64,000 bases of DNA from Paragordius varius. Taxonomy: Eukaryota > Animalia > Nematomorpha. The notes below the pieces were generated by a model. That model searched no databases and was not told where the DNA came from. It saw nothing but the letters and a program-made list of their open reading frames with translations. Both the position numbers and the translations under genes were made by a program. Location: assembly GCA_964247055.1 (NCBI GenBank), contig OZ176054.1, forward strand, positions 682,001-746,000, in the 5' to 3' direction. Positions 29,001 to 43,700 of this stretch are shown here, piece by piece; the stretch's first letter is position 1, and each line of letters opens with the position of its first letter.

Positions 29001-32000
29001 AATGTATAAAAAATAATTTTGTTCACCGGTGACCAATATCCGATTTTTAAGGACAAAGTTTAACTTGAGTATTGATGCGACTGGTTTAATACCATAATTT
29101 TTAAAGTATCGTTGAAATCGGATATGAAAGAGTTTGTCAAACTATCTCTATATTTTGATGTAGTCTTACTAAGAGAATGTATAAAAAATAATTTTGTTCA
29201 CCGGTGACCAATATCCGATTTTTAAGGACAAAGTTTAACTTGAGTATTGATGCGACTGGTTTAATACCATAATTTTTAAAGTATCGTTGTAAAAATCGGA
29301 TATGAAAAAGTTTGTAAAACTATCTCTATATTTTGATGTAGTCTTACTAAGAGAATGTATAAAAAATTATTTTGTTCACCGGTGACCAATATCCGATTTT
29401 TAAGGACAAAGTTTAACTTGAGTATTGATGCGACTAGTTTAATACATTATTTTTTAAAGTATCGCTGTAAAAATCGGATATGAAAGAGTTTGTCAAACTA
29501 TCTCTATATTTTGATGTAGTCTTACTAAGAGAAGGTTTAAAAAATAATTTTGTTCACCGGTGACCAATATCCGATTTTTAAGGACAAAGTTTAACTTGAG
29601 TATTGATGCGACTAGTTTAACACATTAATTTTAAAGTATCGTTGTAAAAATCGGATATGAAAGAGTTTGCCAAACTATCTCTATATTTTGATGTAGTCCT
29701 ACTAAGAGAATGTATAAAAAATAATTTTGTTCACCGGTGACCAATATCCGATATTTAAGGACAAGGTTTAACTTGAGTATTGATGCGATTTATTGATACG
29801 ACTAGTTTTATACATTGATTTTTAAAGTATCGTTGTAAAAATCGGATATGAAAGAGTTAGTCAAAATATCTCTATATTTTGATGTAGTCTTGCTAAGAGA
29901 ATATATAAAAAATAATTTTGTTCACCGGTGACCAATATCCGATTTTTAAGGACAAAGTTTAATTTGAGTATTGATGCGACTAGTTTAATACATTAATTTT
30001 TAAAGTATCTTTGTAAAAATCGGATATGAAAGAGTTTGTCAAACTATTTCTATATTTTGATGTAGTCTTACTAAGAGAATGTATAAAAAATAATTTTGTT
30101 CACCGGTGACCAATATTCGATTTTTAAGGACAAAGTTTAACTTGAGTATTGATGCGACTAGTTTAACATATTAATTTTTAAAGTATCGTTGTAAAAATCG
30201 GATATGAAAGAGTTTGTCAAACTATCTCTATATTTTGAAGTAGTCTTGCTAAGAGAATATATAATAAATAATTTTGTTCACCGGTGACCAATATCCGATT
30301 TTTAAGGACAAAGTTTAACTTGAGTATTGATGCGACTAGTTTTATACATTAATTTTTAAAGTATCGTTGTAAAAATCGGATATGAAAGAGTTTTTCAAAC
30401 TATCTCTATATTTCGATGTAGTCTTTCTAAGAGAATGTATAAAAAATAATTTTGTTCACCGGTGACCAATATCCGATTTTTAAGGACAAAGTTTAACTTG
30501 AGTATTGATGCGACTGGTTTAATACCATAATTTTTAAAGTATCGTTGTAAAAATCGGATATGAAAGAGTTTGTCAAACTATCTCTATATTTTGATGTAGT
30601 CTTACTAAGAGAATGTATAAAAAATAATTTTGTTCACCGGTGACCAATATCCGATTTTTAAGGACAAAGTTTAACTTGAGTATTGATGCGACTAGTTTAA
30701 TACATTAATTTTTAAAGTATCTTTGTAAAAATCGGATATGAAAGAGTTTGTCAAACTATTTCTATATTTTGATGTAGTCTTGCTAAGAGAATATATAAAA
30801 AATAATTTTGTTCACCGGTGACCAATATCCGATTTTTAAGGACAAAGTTTAATTTGAGTATTGATGCGACTAGTTTAATACATTAATTTTTAAAGTATCT
30901 TTGTAAAAATCGGATATGAAAGAGTTTGTCAAACTATTTCTATATTTTGATGTAGTCTTGCTAAGAGAATATATAAAAAATAATTTTGTTCACCGGTGAC
31001 CAATATCCGATTTTTAAGGACAAAGTTTAATTTGAGTATTGATGCGACTAGTTTAATACATTAATTTTTAAAGTATCTTTGTAAAAATCGGATATGAAAG
31101 AGTTTGTCAAACTATCTCTATATTTTGAAGTAGTCTTGCTAAGAGAATATATAATAAATAATTTTGTTCACCGGTGACCAATATCCGATTTTTAAGGACA
31201 AAGTTTAACTTGAGTATTGATGCGACTAGTTTTATACATTAATTTTTAAAGTATCGTTGTAAAAATCGGATATGAAAGAGTTTGTCAAACTATCTCTATA
31301 TTTCGATGTAGTCTTTCTAAGAGAATGTATAAAAAATAATTTTGTTCACCGGTGACCAATATCCGATTTTTAAGGACAAAGTTTAACTTGAGTATTGATG
31401 CGACTGGTTTAATACCATAATTTTTAAAGTATCGTTGTAAAAATCGGATATGAAAGAGTTTGTCAAACTATCTCTATATTTTCATGTAGTCTTACTAAGA
31501 GAATGTATAAAAAATTATTTTGTTCACCGGTGACCAAAATCCGATTTTTAAGGACAAAGTTTAACTTGAGTATTGATGCGACTTATTGATACGACTAGTT
31601 TTATACATTAATTTTTAAAGTATCGTTGTAAAAATCGGATATGAAAGAGTTTGTCAAACTATCTCTATATTTTGATGTAGTCTTGCTAAGAGAATATATA
31701 AAAAATAATTTTGTTCACCGGTGACTAATATCTGATTTTTAAGGACAAAGTTTAATTTGAGTATTGATGCGACTAGTTTAATACATTAATTTTTAAAGTA
31801 TCGTTGAAATCGGATATGAAAGAGTTTGTCAAACTATCTCTATATTTTGATGTAGTCTTACTCTGAGAATGTAAAAAAAATAATTTTGTTCACCGGTGAC
31901 CAATATCCGATTTTTAAGACAAAGTTTAACTTGAGTATTGATGCGATTTATTGATACGACTAGTTTTATACATTAATTTTTAAAGTATCGTTGTAAAAAT

Positions 32001-35000
32001 CGGATATGAAAGAGTTTGTCAAACTATCTTTATATTTTGATGTAGTCTTGCTAAGAGAATATATAAAAAATAATTTTGTTCACCGGTGACCAATATCCGA
32101 TTTTTAAGGACAAAATTTAATTTGAGTATTGATGCGACTAGTTTAATACCATAATTTTTAAAGTTAGTTGTAAAAATCGGATATGAAAGAGTTTGTCAAA
32201 CTATCTCTATATTTTGATGTAGTCTTACTAAGAGAATGTATAAAAAATAATTTTGTTCACCGGTGACCAAGATCCGATTTTTAAGGACAAAGTTTAACTT
32301 GAGTATTGATGCGACTGGTTTAATACCATAATTTTTAAAGTATCGTTGTAAAAATCGGATATGAAAGAGTTTGTCAAACTATATCTATATTTTGATGTAG
32401 TCTTACTAAGAGAATGTATAAAAAATTATTTTGTTCACCGGTGACCAATATCCGATTTTTAAGGACAAAGTTTAACTTGAGTATTGATGCGACTTATTGA
32501 TACGACTAGTTTTATATATTAATTTATAAAGTATCGTTGTAAAAATCGGATATGAAAGAGTTTGTCAAACTATCTCTATATTTTGATGTAGTCTTGCTAA
32601 GAGAATGTATAAAAAATAATTTTGTTCACCGGTGACCAATATCCGATTTTTAAGGACAAAGTTTAACTTGAGTATTGATGCGACTAGTTTAATACCATAA
32701 TTTTTAAGGTATCGTTGTAAAAATCGGATATGAAAGAGTTTGTCAAACTATCTCTATATTTTGATGTAGTCTTACTAAGAGAATGTATATAAAATAATTT
32801 TGTTCACCGGTGACCAATATCCGATTTTTAAGGACAAAGTTTAACTTGAGTATTGATGCGACTGGTTTAATACCATAATTTTTAAAGTATCGTTGAAATC
32901 GGATATGAAAGAGTTTGTCAAACTATCTCTATATTTTGATGTAGTCTTACTAAGAGAATGTACAAAAAATAATTTTGTTCACCGGTGACCAATATCCGAT
33001 TTTTAAGGACAAAGTTTAACTTGAGTATTGATGCGACTAGTTTAAGACATTAATTTTTAAAGTATCGTTGTAAAAATCGGATATGAAAGAGTTTGTCAAA
33101 CTATCTCTATATTTTGTTGTAGTCTTACTAAGAGAATGTATAAAAAATAGTTTTGTTCACCTGTGACCAATATCCGATTTTTAAGGACAAAGTTTAACTT
33201 GAGTATTGATGCGACTGGTTTAATACCATAATTTTTAAAGTATCGTTGAAATCGGATATGAAAGAGTTTGTCAAACTATCTCTATATTTTGATGTAGTCT
33301 TACTAAGAGAATGTATAAAAAATAATTTTGTTCACCGGTGACCAATATCCGATTTTTAAGGACAAAGTTTAACTTGAGTATTGATGCGACTGGTTTAATA
33401 CCATAATTTTTAAGGTATCGTTGTAAAAATCGGATATGAAAGAGTTTGTCAAACTATCTCTATATTTTGATGTAGTCTTACTAAGAGAATGTATATAAAA
33501 TAATTTTGTTCACCGGTGACCAATATCCGATTTTTAAGGACAAAGTTTAACTTGAGTATTGATGCGACTGGTTTAATACCATAATTTTTAAGGTATCGTT
33601 GTAAAAATCGGATATGAAAGAGTTTGTCAAACTATCTCTATATTTTGATGTAGTCTTACTAAGAGAATGTATATAAAATAATTTTGTTCACCGGTGACCA
33701 ATATCCGATTTTTAAGGACAAAGTTTAACTTGAGTATTGATGCGACTGGTTTAATACCATAATTTTTAAAGTATCGTTGAAATCGGATATGAAAGAGTTT
33801 GTCAAACTATCTCTATATTTTGATGTAGTCTTACTAAGAGAATGTATAAAAAATAATTTTGTTCACCGGTGACCAATATCCGATTTTTAAGGACAAAGTT
33901 TAACTTGAGTATTGATGCGACTGGTTTAATACCATAATTTTTAATGTATCGTTGAAATCGGATATGAAAGAGTTTGTCAAACTATCTCTATATTTTGATG
34001 TAGTCTTACTAAGAGAATGTATATAAAATAATTTTGTTCACCGGTGACCAATATCCGATTTTTAAGGACAAAGTTTAACTTGAGTATTGATGCGACTGGT
34101 TTAATACCATAATTTTTAAAGTATCGTTGAAATCGGATATGAAAGAGTTTGTCAAACTATCTCTATATTTTGATGTAGTCTTACTAAGAGAATGTATAAA
34201 AAATAATTTTGTTCACCGGTGACCAATATCCGATTTTTAAGGACAAAGTTTAACTTGAGTATTGATGCGACTGGTTTAATACCATAATTTTTCAAGTATC
34301 GTTGTAAAAATCGGATATGAAAAAGTTTGTAAAACTATCTCTATATTTTGATGTAGTCTTACTAAGAGAATGTATAAAAAATTATTTTGTTCACCGGTGA
34401 CCAATATCCGATTTTTAAGGACAAAGTTTAACTTGAGTATTGATGCGACTAGTTTAATACATTATTTTTTAAAGTATCGCTGTAAAAATCGGATATGAAA
34501 GAGTTTGTCAAACTATCTCTATATTTTGATGTAGTCTTACTAAGAGAAGGTTTAAAAAATAATTTTGTTCACCGGTGACCAATATCCGATTTTTAAGGAC
34601 AAAGTTTAACTTGAGTATTGATGCGACTAGTTTAACACATTAATTTTAAAGTATCGTTGTAAAAATCGGATATGAAAGAGTTTGCCAAACTATCTCTATA
34701 TTTTGATGTAGTCCTACTAAGAGAATGTATAAAAAATAATTTTGTTCACCGGTGACCAATATCCGATATTTAAGGACAAGGTTTAACTTGAGTATTGATG
34801 CGATTTATTGATACGACTAGTTTTATACATTGATTTTTAAAGTATCGTTGTAAAAATCGGATATGAAAGAGTTAGTCAAAATATCTCTATATTTTGATGT
34901 AGTCTTGCTAAGAGAATATATAAAAAATAATTTTGTTCACCGGTGACCAATATCCGATTTTTAAGGACAAAGTTTAATTTGAGTATTAATGCGACTAGTT

Positions 35001-36899
35001 TAATACATTAATTTTTAAAGTATCTTTGTAAAAATCGGATATGAAAGAGTTTGTCAAACTATTTCTATATTTTGATGTAGTCTTACTAAGAGAATGTATA
35101 AAAAATAATTTTGTTCACCGGTGACCAATATTCGATTTTTAAGGACAAAGTTTAACTTGAGTATTGATGCGACTAGTTTAACATATTAATTTTTAAAGTA
35201 TCGTTGTAAAAATCGGATATGAAAGAGTTTGTCAAACTATCTCTATATTTTGATGTAGTCTTACTAAGAGAATGTATAAAAAATAATTTTGTTCACCGGT
35301 GACCAATATCCGATTTTTAAGGACAAAGTTTAACTTGAGTATTGATGCGACTAGTTTAATACATTAATTTTTAAAGTATCTTTGTAAAAATCGGATATGA
35401 AAGAGTTTGTCAAACTATTTCTATATTTTGATGTAGTCTTGCTAAGAGAATATATAAAAAATAATTTTGTTCACCGGTGACCAATATCCGATTTTTAAGG
35501 ACAAAGTTTAATTTGAGTATTGATGCGACTAGTTTAATACATTAATTTTTAAAGTATCTTTGTAAAAATCGGATATGAAAGAGTTTGTCAAACTATCTCT
35601 ATATTTTGAAGTAGTCTTGCTAAGAGAATATATAATAAATAATTTTGTTCACCGGTGACCAATATCCGATTTTTAAGGACAAAGTTTAACTTGAGTATTG
35701 ATGCGACTAGTTTTATACATTAATTTTTAAAGTATCGTTGTAAAAATCGGATATGAAAGAGTTTGTCAAACTATCTCTATATTTCGATGTAGTCTTTCTA
35801 AGAGAATGTATAAAAAATAATTTTGTTCACCGGTGACCAATATCCGATTTTTAAGGACAAAGTTTAACTTGAGTATTGATGCGATTATTGATACGACTAG
35901 TTTTATACATTAATTTTTAAAGTATCGTTGTTAAAATCGGATATGAAAGAGTTTGTCAAACTATCTCTATATTTTGATGTAGTACTAAGAGAATGTATAA
36001 AAAATTGTTTTGTTCACCGGTGACCAATATCCAATTTTTAAGGATAAAGTTTAACTTGAGTATTGATGCGACTGGTTTAATACCATAATTTTTAAAGTAT
36101 CGTTGTAAAAATCGGATATGAAAGAGTTTGTCAAACTATCTCTATATTTTGATGTAGTCTTACTAAGAGAATGTATAAAAAATTATTTTGTTCACCGGTT
36201 ACCAATATCCGATTTTTAAGGACAAAGTTTAACTTGAGTATTGATAAGACTAGTTTAATACATTAATTTTTAAAGTATCGCTGTAAAAATCGGATATGAA
36301 AGAGTTTGTCAAACTATCTCTATATTTTGATGTAGTACTAAGAGAATGTATAAAAAATTGTTTTGTTCACCGGTGACCAATATCCAATTTTTAAGGATAA
36401 AGTTTAACTTGAGTATTGATGCGACTGGTTTAATACCATAATTTTTAAAGTATCGTTGTAAAAATCGGATATGAAAGAGTTTGTCAAACTATCTCTATAT
36501 TTTGATGTAGTCTTACTAAGAGAATGTATAAAAAATTATTTTGTTCACCGGTTACCAATATCCGATTTTTAAGGACAAAGTTTAACTTGAGTATTGATAA
36601 GACTAGTTTAATACATTAATTTTTAAAGTATCGCTGTAAAAATCGGATATGAAAGAGTTTGTCAAACTATCTCTATATTTTGATGTAGTCTTACTAAGAG
36701 AATGTATAAAAAATTATTTTGTTCACCGGTGACCAATATCCGATTTATAAGGACAAAGTTTAACTTGAGTATTGATGCGACTAGTTTAATACATTATTTT
36801 TTAAAGTATCGCTGTAAAAATCGGATATGAAAGAGTTTGTCAAACTATCTCTATATTTTGATGTAGTCTTACTAAGAGAATGTATAAAAAATAATTTTG

Positions 36900-39800
36900 T
36901 TCACCGGTGACCAATATCCGATTTTTAAGGACAAAGTTTAACTTGAGTATTGATGCGACTGGTTTAATACCATAATTTTTAAAGTATCGTTGTAAAAATC
37001 GGATATGAAAGAGTTTGTCAAACTATCTCTATATTTTGATGTAGTCTTACTAAGAGAATGTATAAAAAATTATTTTGTTCACCGGTGACCAATATCCGAT
37101 TTTTAAGGACAAAGTTTAACTTGAGTATTGATGCGACTTATTGATACGACTAGTTTTATACATTAATTTTTAAAGTATCGTTGTAAAAATCGGATATGAA
37201 AGAGTTTGTCAAACTATCTCTATATTTTGATGTAGTCTTGCTAAGAGAATATATAAAAAATAATTTTGTTCACCGGTGACTAATATCTGATTTTTAAGGA
37301 CAAAGTTTAACTTGAGTATTGATAAGACTAGTTTAATACATTAATTTTTAAAGTATCGCTGTAAAAATCGGATATGAAAGAGTTTGTCAAACTATCTCTA
37401 TATTTTGATGTAGTCTTACTAAGAGAATGTATAAAAAATTATTTTGTTCACCGGTGACCAATATCCGATTATTAAGGACAAAGTTTAACTTGAGTATTGA
37501 TGCGACTAGTTTAATACATTATTTTTTAAAGTATCGCTGTAAAAATCGGATATGAAAGAGTTTGTCAAACTATCTCTATATTTTGATGTAGTCTTACTAA
37601 GAGAATGTATAAAAAATAATTTTGTTCACCGGTGACCAATATCCGATTTTTAAGGACAAAGTTTAACTTGAGTATTGATGCGACTAGTTTAACACATTAA
37701 TTTTTAAAGTATCGTTGTAAAAATCGGATATGAAAGAGTTTGCCAAACTATCTCTATATTTTGATGTAGTCCTACTAAGAGAATGTATAAAAAATAATTT
37801 TGTTCACCGGTGACCAATATCCGATTTTTAAGGACAAAGTTTAACTTGAGTATTGATGCGATTTATTGATACGACTAGTTTTATACATTGATTTTTAAAG
37901 TATCGTTGTAAAAATCGGATATGAAAGAGTTTGTCAAAATATCTCTATATTTTGATGTAGTCTTGCTAAGAGAATATATAAAAAATAATTTTGTTCACCG
38001 GTGACCAATATCCGATTTTTTAGGACAAAGTTTAATTTGAGTATTGATGCGACTAGTTTAACATATTAATTTTTAAAGTATCGTTGTAAAAATCGGATAT
38101 GAAAGAGTTTGTCAAACTATTTCTATATTTTGATGTAGTCTTACTAAGAGAATGTATAAAAAATAATTTTGTTCACCGGTGACCAATATTCGATTTTTAA
38201 GGACAAAGTTTAACTTGAGTATTGATGCGACTAGTTTAACATATTAATTTTTAAAGTATCGTTGTAAAAATCGGATATGAAAGAGTTTGTCAAACTATCT
38301 CTATATTTTGAAGTAGTCTTGCTAAGAGAATATATAATAAATAATTTTGTTCACCGGTGACCAATATCCGATTTTTAAGTACAAAGTTTAACTTGAGTAT
38401 TGATGCGACTAGTTTAATACATTATTTTTTAAAGTATCATTGTGAAAATCGGATATGAAAGAGTTTGTCAAACTATCTCTATATTTTGATGTAGTACTAA
38501 GAGAATGTATAAAAAATTGTTTTGTTTACCCGTGACCAATATCCAATTTTTAAGGATATAGTTTAACTTGAGTATTGATGCGACTAGTTTTATACATTAA
38601 TTTTTAAAATATCGTTGTAAAAATCGGATATGAAACAGTTTGTCAAACTATCTCTATATTTTGATGTAGTCTTACTAAGAGAATGTATAAAAAATAATTT
38701 TGTTCACCGGTGACCAATATCCGATTTTTAAGGACAAAGTTTAACTTGAGTATTGATGCGACTGGTTTAATACCATAATTTTTAAAGTATCGTTGTAAAA
38801 ATCGGATATGAAAGAGTTTGTCAAACTATCTCTATATTTTGATGTAGTCTTACTAAGAGAATGTATAAAAAATTATTTTGTTCACCGGTGACCAATATCC
38901 GATTTTTAAGGACAAAGTTTAACTTGAGTATTGATGCGACTTATTGATACGACTAGTTTTATACATTAATTTTTAAAGTATCGTTGTAAAAATCGGATAT
39001 GAAAGAGTTTGTCAAACTATCTCTATATTTTGATGTAGTCTTGCTAAGAGAATATATAAAAAATAATTTTGTTCACCGGTGACTAATATCTGATTTTTAA
39101 GGACAAAGTTTAACTTGAGTATTGATAAGACTAGTTTAATACATTAATTTTTAAAGTATCGCTGTAAAAATCGGATATGAAAGAGTTTGTCAAACTATCT
39201 CTATATTTTGATGTAGTCTTACTAAGAGAATGTATAAAAAATTATTTTGTTCACCGGTGACCAATATCCGATTATTAAGGACAAAGTTTAACTTGAGTAT
39301 TGATGCGACTAGTTTAATACATTATTTTTTAAAGTATCGCTGTAAAAATCGGATATGAAAGAGTTTGTCAAACTATCTCTATATTTTGATGTAGTCTTAC
39401 TAAGAGAATGTATAAAAAATAATTTTGTTCACCGGTGACCAATATCCGATTTTTAAGGACAAAGTTTAACTTGAGTATTGATGCGACTAGTTTAACACAT
39501 TAATTTTTAAAGTATCGTTGTAAAAATCGGATATGAAAGAGTTTGCCAAACTATCTCTATATTTTGATGTAGTCCTACTAAGAGAATGTATAAAAAATAA
39601 TTTTGTTCACCGGTGACCAATATCCGATTTTTAAGGACAAAGTTTAACTTGAGTATTGATGCGATTTATTGATACGACTAGTTTTATACATTGATTTTTA
39701 AAGTATCGTTGTAAAAATCGGATATGAAAGAGTTTGTCAAAATATCTCTATATTTTGATGTAGTCTTGCTAAGAGAATATATAAAAAATAATTTTGTTCA

Positions 39801-40700
39801 CCGGTGACCAATATCCGATTTTTTAGGACAAAGTTTAATTTGAGTATTGATGCGACTAGTTTAACATATTAATTTTTAAAGTATCGTTGTAAAAATCGGA
39901 TATGAAAGAGTTTGTCAAACTATTTCTATATTTTGATGTAGTCTTACTAAGAGAATGTATAAAAAATAATTTTGTTCACCGGTGACCAATATTCGATTTT
40001 TAAGGACAAAGTTTAACTTGAGTATTGATGCGACTAGTTTAACATATTAATTTTTAAAGTATCGTTGTAAAAATCGGATATGAAAGAGTTTGTCAAACTA
40101 TCTCTATATTTTGAAGTAGTCTTGCTAAGAGAATATATAATAAATAATTTTGTTCACCGGTGACCAATATCCGATTTTTAAGTACAAAGTTTAACTTGAG
40201 TATTGATGCGACTAGTTTAATACATTATTTTTTAAAGTATCATTGTGAAAATCGGATATGAAAGAGTTTGTCAAACTATCTCTATATTTTGATGTAGTAC
40301 TAAGAGAATGTATAAAAAATTGTTTTGTTTACCCGTGACCAATATCCAATTTTTAAGGATATAGTTTAACTTGAGTATTGATGCGACTAGTTTTATACAT
40401 TAATTTTTAAAATATCGTTGTAAAAATCGGATATGAAACAGTTTGTCAAACTATCTCTATATTTTGATGTAGTCTTACTAAGAGAATGTATAAAAAATAA
40501 TTTTGTTCACCGGTGACCAATATCCGATTTTTAAGGACAAAGTTTAACTTGAGTATTGATGCGACTGGTTTAATACCATAATTTTTAAAGTATCGTTGTA
40601 AAAATCGGATATGAAAGAGTTTGTCAAACTATCTCTATATTTTGATGTAATCTTACTAAGAGAATGTATAAAAAATTATTTTGTTCACCGGTGACCAATA
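36900..40700. repeat. Higher-order repeat: 1,803-bp 10-mer x2
   Basis: Rare variants GACTAATATCTGA (37278/39081) and GTATCATTGTGAAA with TTTACCCGTG recur at a 1,803 offset. Boundaries are approximate. Confidence 0.88.
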
Positions 40701-43700
40701 TCCGATTTTTAAGGACAAAGTTTAACTTGAGTATTGATGCGACTAGTTTAATACATTATTTTTTAAAGTATCGTTGTAAAAATCGGATATGAAAGAGTTT
40801 GTCAAACTATCTCTATATTTTGATGTAGTCTTACTAAGAGAATGTATAAAATTGTTCACAGGTGACCAATATCCGATTTTTAAGGACAAAGTTTAACTTG
40901 AGTATTGATGCGACTAGTTTAACACATAAGTATCGTTGTAAAAATCGGATATGAAAGGTCAAACTATCTCTATTTTGATGTAGTCTTACTAAGAGAATGT
41001 ATAAAAAATAATTTTGTTCACCGGTGACCAATATTCCATTTTTAAGGACAAAGTTTAACTTGAGGATTGATGCGACTAGTTTTATACATTAATTTTTAAA
41101 GTATCGTTGTAAAAATCGGATATGAAAGAGTTTGCCAAACTATCTCTATATTTTGAGGTAGTCCTACTAAGAGAATGTATAAAAAATAATTTTGTTCAGC
41201 GGTGACCAATATCCGATTTTTAAGGACAAAGTTTAACTTGAGTATTGATGCGATTTATTGATACGACTTTTTATACATTAATTTTTAAAGTATTTGTAAA
41301 AATCGGATATGAAAGAGTTTGTCAAACTATCTCTATATTTTGATGTAGTCTTGCTAAGAGAATATATAAAAAATAATTTTGTTCACCGGTGACCAATATC
41401 CGATTTTTAAGGACAAAGTTTAATTTGAGTATTGATAAGACTAGTTTAATATATTAATTTTTAAAGTATCGTTGTAAAAATCGATTATGAAAGAGTTTGT
41501 CAAACTATTTCTATATTTTGATGTAGTCTTACTAAGAGAATGTATAAAAAATAATTTTGTTCACCGGTGACCAATATCCGATTTTTAAGGACAAAGTTTA
41601 ATTTGAGTATTGATGCGACTCGTTTAATACATTAATTTTTAAAGTATCGTTGTAAAAATCGGATATGAAAGAGTTTGTCAAACTATCTCTATATTTTGAT
41701 GTAGTCTTACTAAGAGAATGTATAAAAATAAAATTTGTTCACCGGTGACCAATATCCGATTTTTTTGGACAAAGTTTAACTTGAGTATTGATGCGACTGG
41801 TTTAATACGATAATTTTTAAAGTATCGTTGTAAAAATCGGATATGAAAGAGTTTGTCAAACTATCTCTATATTTTGATGTAGTCTTACTAAGAGAATGTA
41901 TAAAAAATTATTTTGTTCACCGGTGACCAATATCCAATTTTTAAGGACAAAGTTTAACTTGAGTATTGATGCGACTGGTTTAATACATTAATTTTTAAAG
42001 TATCGCTGTAAAAATCGGATATGAAAGAGTTTGACAAACTATCTCTATATTTTGATGTAGTCTTACTAAGAGAATGTATAAAAAATTTTTTTGTTCACCG
42101 GTGACCATATCCGATTTTTAAGGACAAAGTTTAACTTGAGTATTGATGCGACTAGTTTAATACATTATTTTTTAAAGTATCGTTGTGAAAATCGGATATG
42201 AAAGAGTTTGTCAAACTATCTCTATATTTTGATGTAGTCTTACTAAGTGAATGTATAAAAAATAATTTTGTTCACCGGTGACCAATATCCGATTTTTAAG
42301 GACAAAGTTTAACTTGAGTATTGATGCGACTTATTGATACGACTAGTTTTATACATTAATTTATAAAGTATCGTTGTAAAAATCGGATATGAAAGAGTTT
42401 GTCACACTACCTCTAGATTTTGATGTAGTCTTGCTAAGAGAATGTATAAAAAATAATTTTGTTCACCGGTGACCAATATCCGATTTTTAAGGACAAAGTT
42501 TAACTTGAGTATTGATGCGACTTATTGATACGACTAGTTTTATACATTAATTTATAGAGTATCGTTGTAAAAATCGGGTATGAAAGAGTTTGTCACACTA
42601 TCTCTAGATTTTGATGTAGTCTTGCTAAGAGAATGTATAAAAAATAATTTTGTTCACCGGTGACCAATATCCGATTTTTAAGGACAAAGTTTAACTTGAG
42701 TATCAATGCGACTAGTTTAATACATTATTTTTTAAAGTATCGTTGTGAAAATCGGATATGAAAGAGGTCAAACTATCTCTATATTTTATATAGTCTTACT
42801 AAGAGAATGTATAAAAAATAATTTTGTTCACCGGTGACCAATATCCGATTTTTAAGGACAAAGTTTAACTTGAGTATCAATGCGACTAGTTTAATACATT
42901 ATTTTTTAAAGTATCGTTGTGAAAATCGGATATGAAAGAGTTTGTCAAACTATCTCTATATTTTGATGTAGTCTTACTAAGAGAATGTATAAAAAATAAT
43001 TTTGTTCACCGGTGACCAATATCCGATTTTTAAGGACAAAGTTTAACTTGAGTATTGATGCGACTTATTGATAGGACTAGTTTTATACATTAATTTATAA
43101 AGTATCGTTGTAAAAATCGGGTATGAAAGAGTTTGTCACACTATCTCTAGATTTTGATGTAGTCTTGCTAAGAGAATGTATAAAAAATAATTTTGTTCAC
43201 CGGTGACCAATATCCGATTTTTAAGGACAAAGTTTAACTTGAGTATCAATGCGACTAGTTTAATACATTATTTTTTAAAGTATCGTTGTGAAAATCGGAT
43301 ATGAAAGAGTTTGTCAAACTATCTCTATATTTTAAGTCTTACTAAGAGAATGTATAAAAAATAATTTTGTTCACCGGTGACCAATATCCGATTTTTAAGG
43401 ACAAAGTTTAACTTGAGTATTGATGCGACTAGTTTAATACATTAATTTTTAAAGTATCGTTGTAAAAATCGGATATGAAAGAGTTGGCCAAACTATCTCT
43501 ATATTTTGATGTAGTCCTACTAAAAGAATGTATAAAAAATAATTTTGTTCACCGGTGACCAATATCCGATTTTTAAGGACAAAGTTTAACTTGAGTATTG
43601 ATGCGATTTATTGATACGACTAGTTTTATACATTAATTTTTAAAGTATCGTTGTAAAAATCGGATATGAAAGAGTTTGTCAAACTATCTCTATATTTTTA

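Noticed and set aside
40834-41031. 65-aa minus-strand ORF
   Set aside because: Translation of satellite monomers, opened by local deletions; no protein-like motif and a GTG start.
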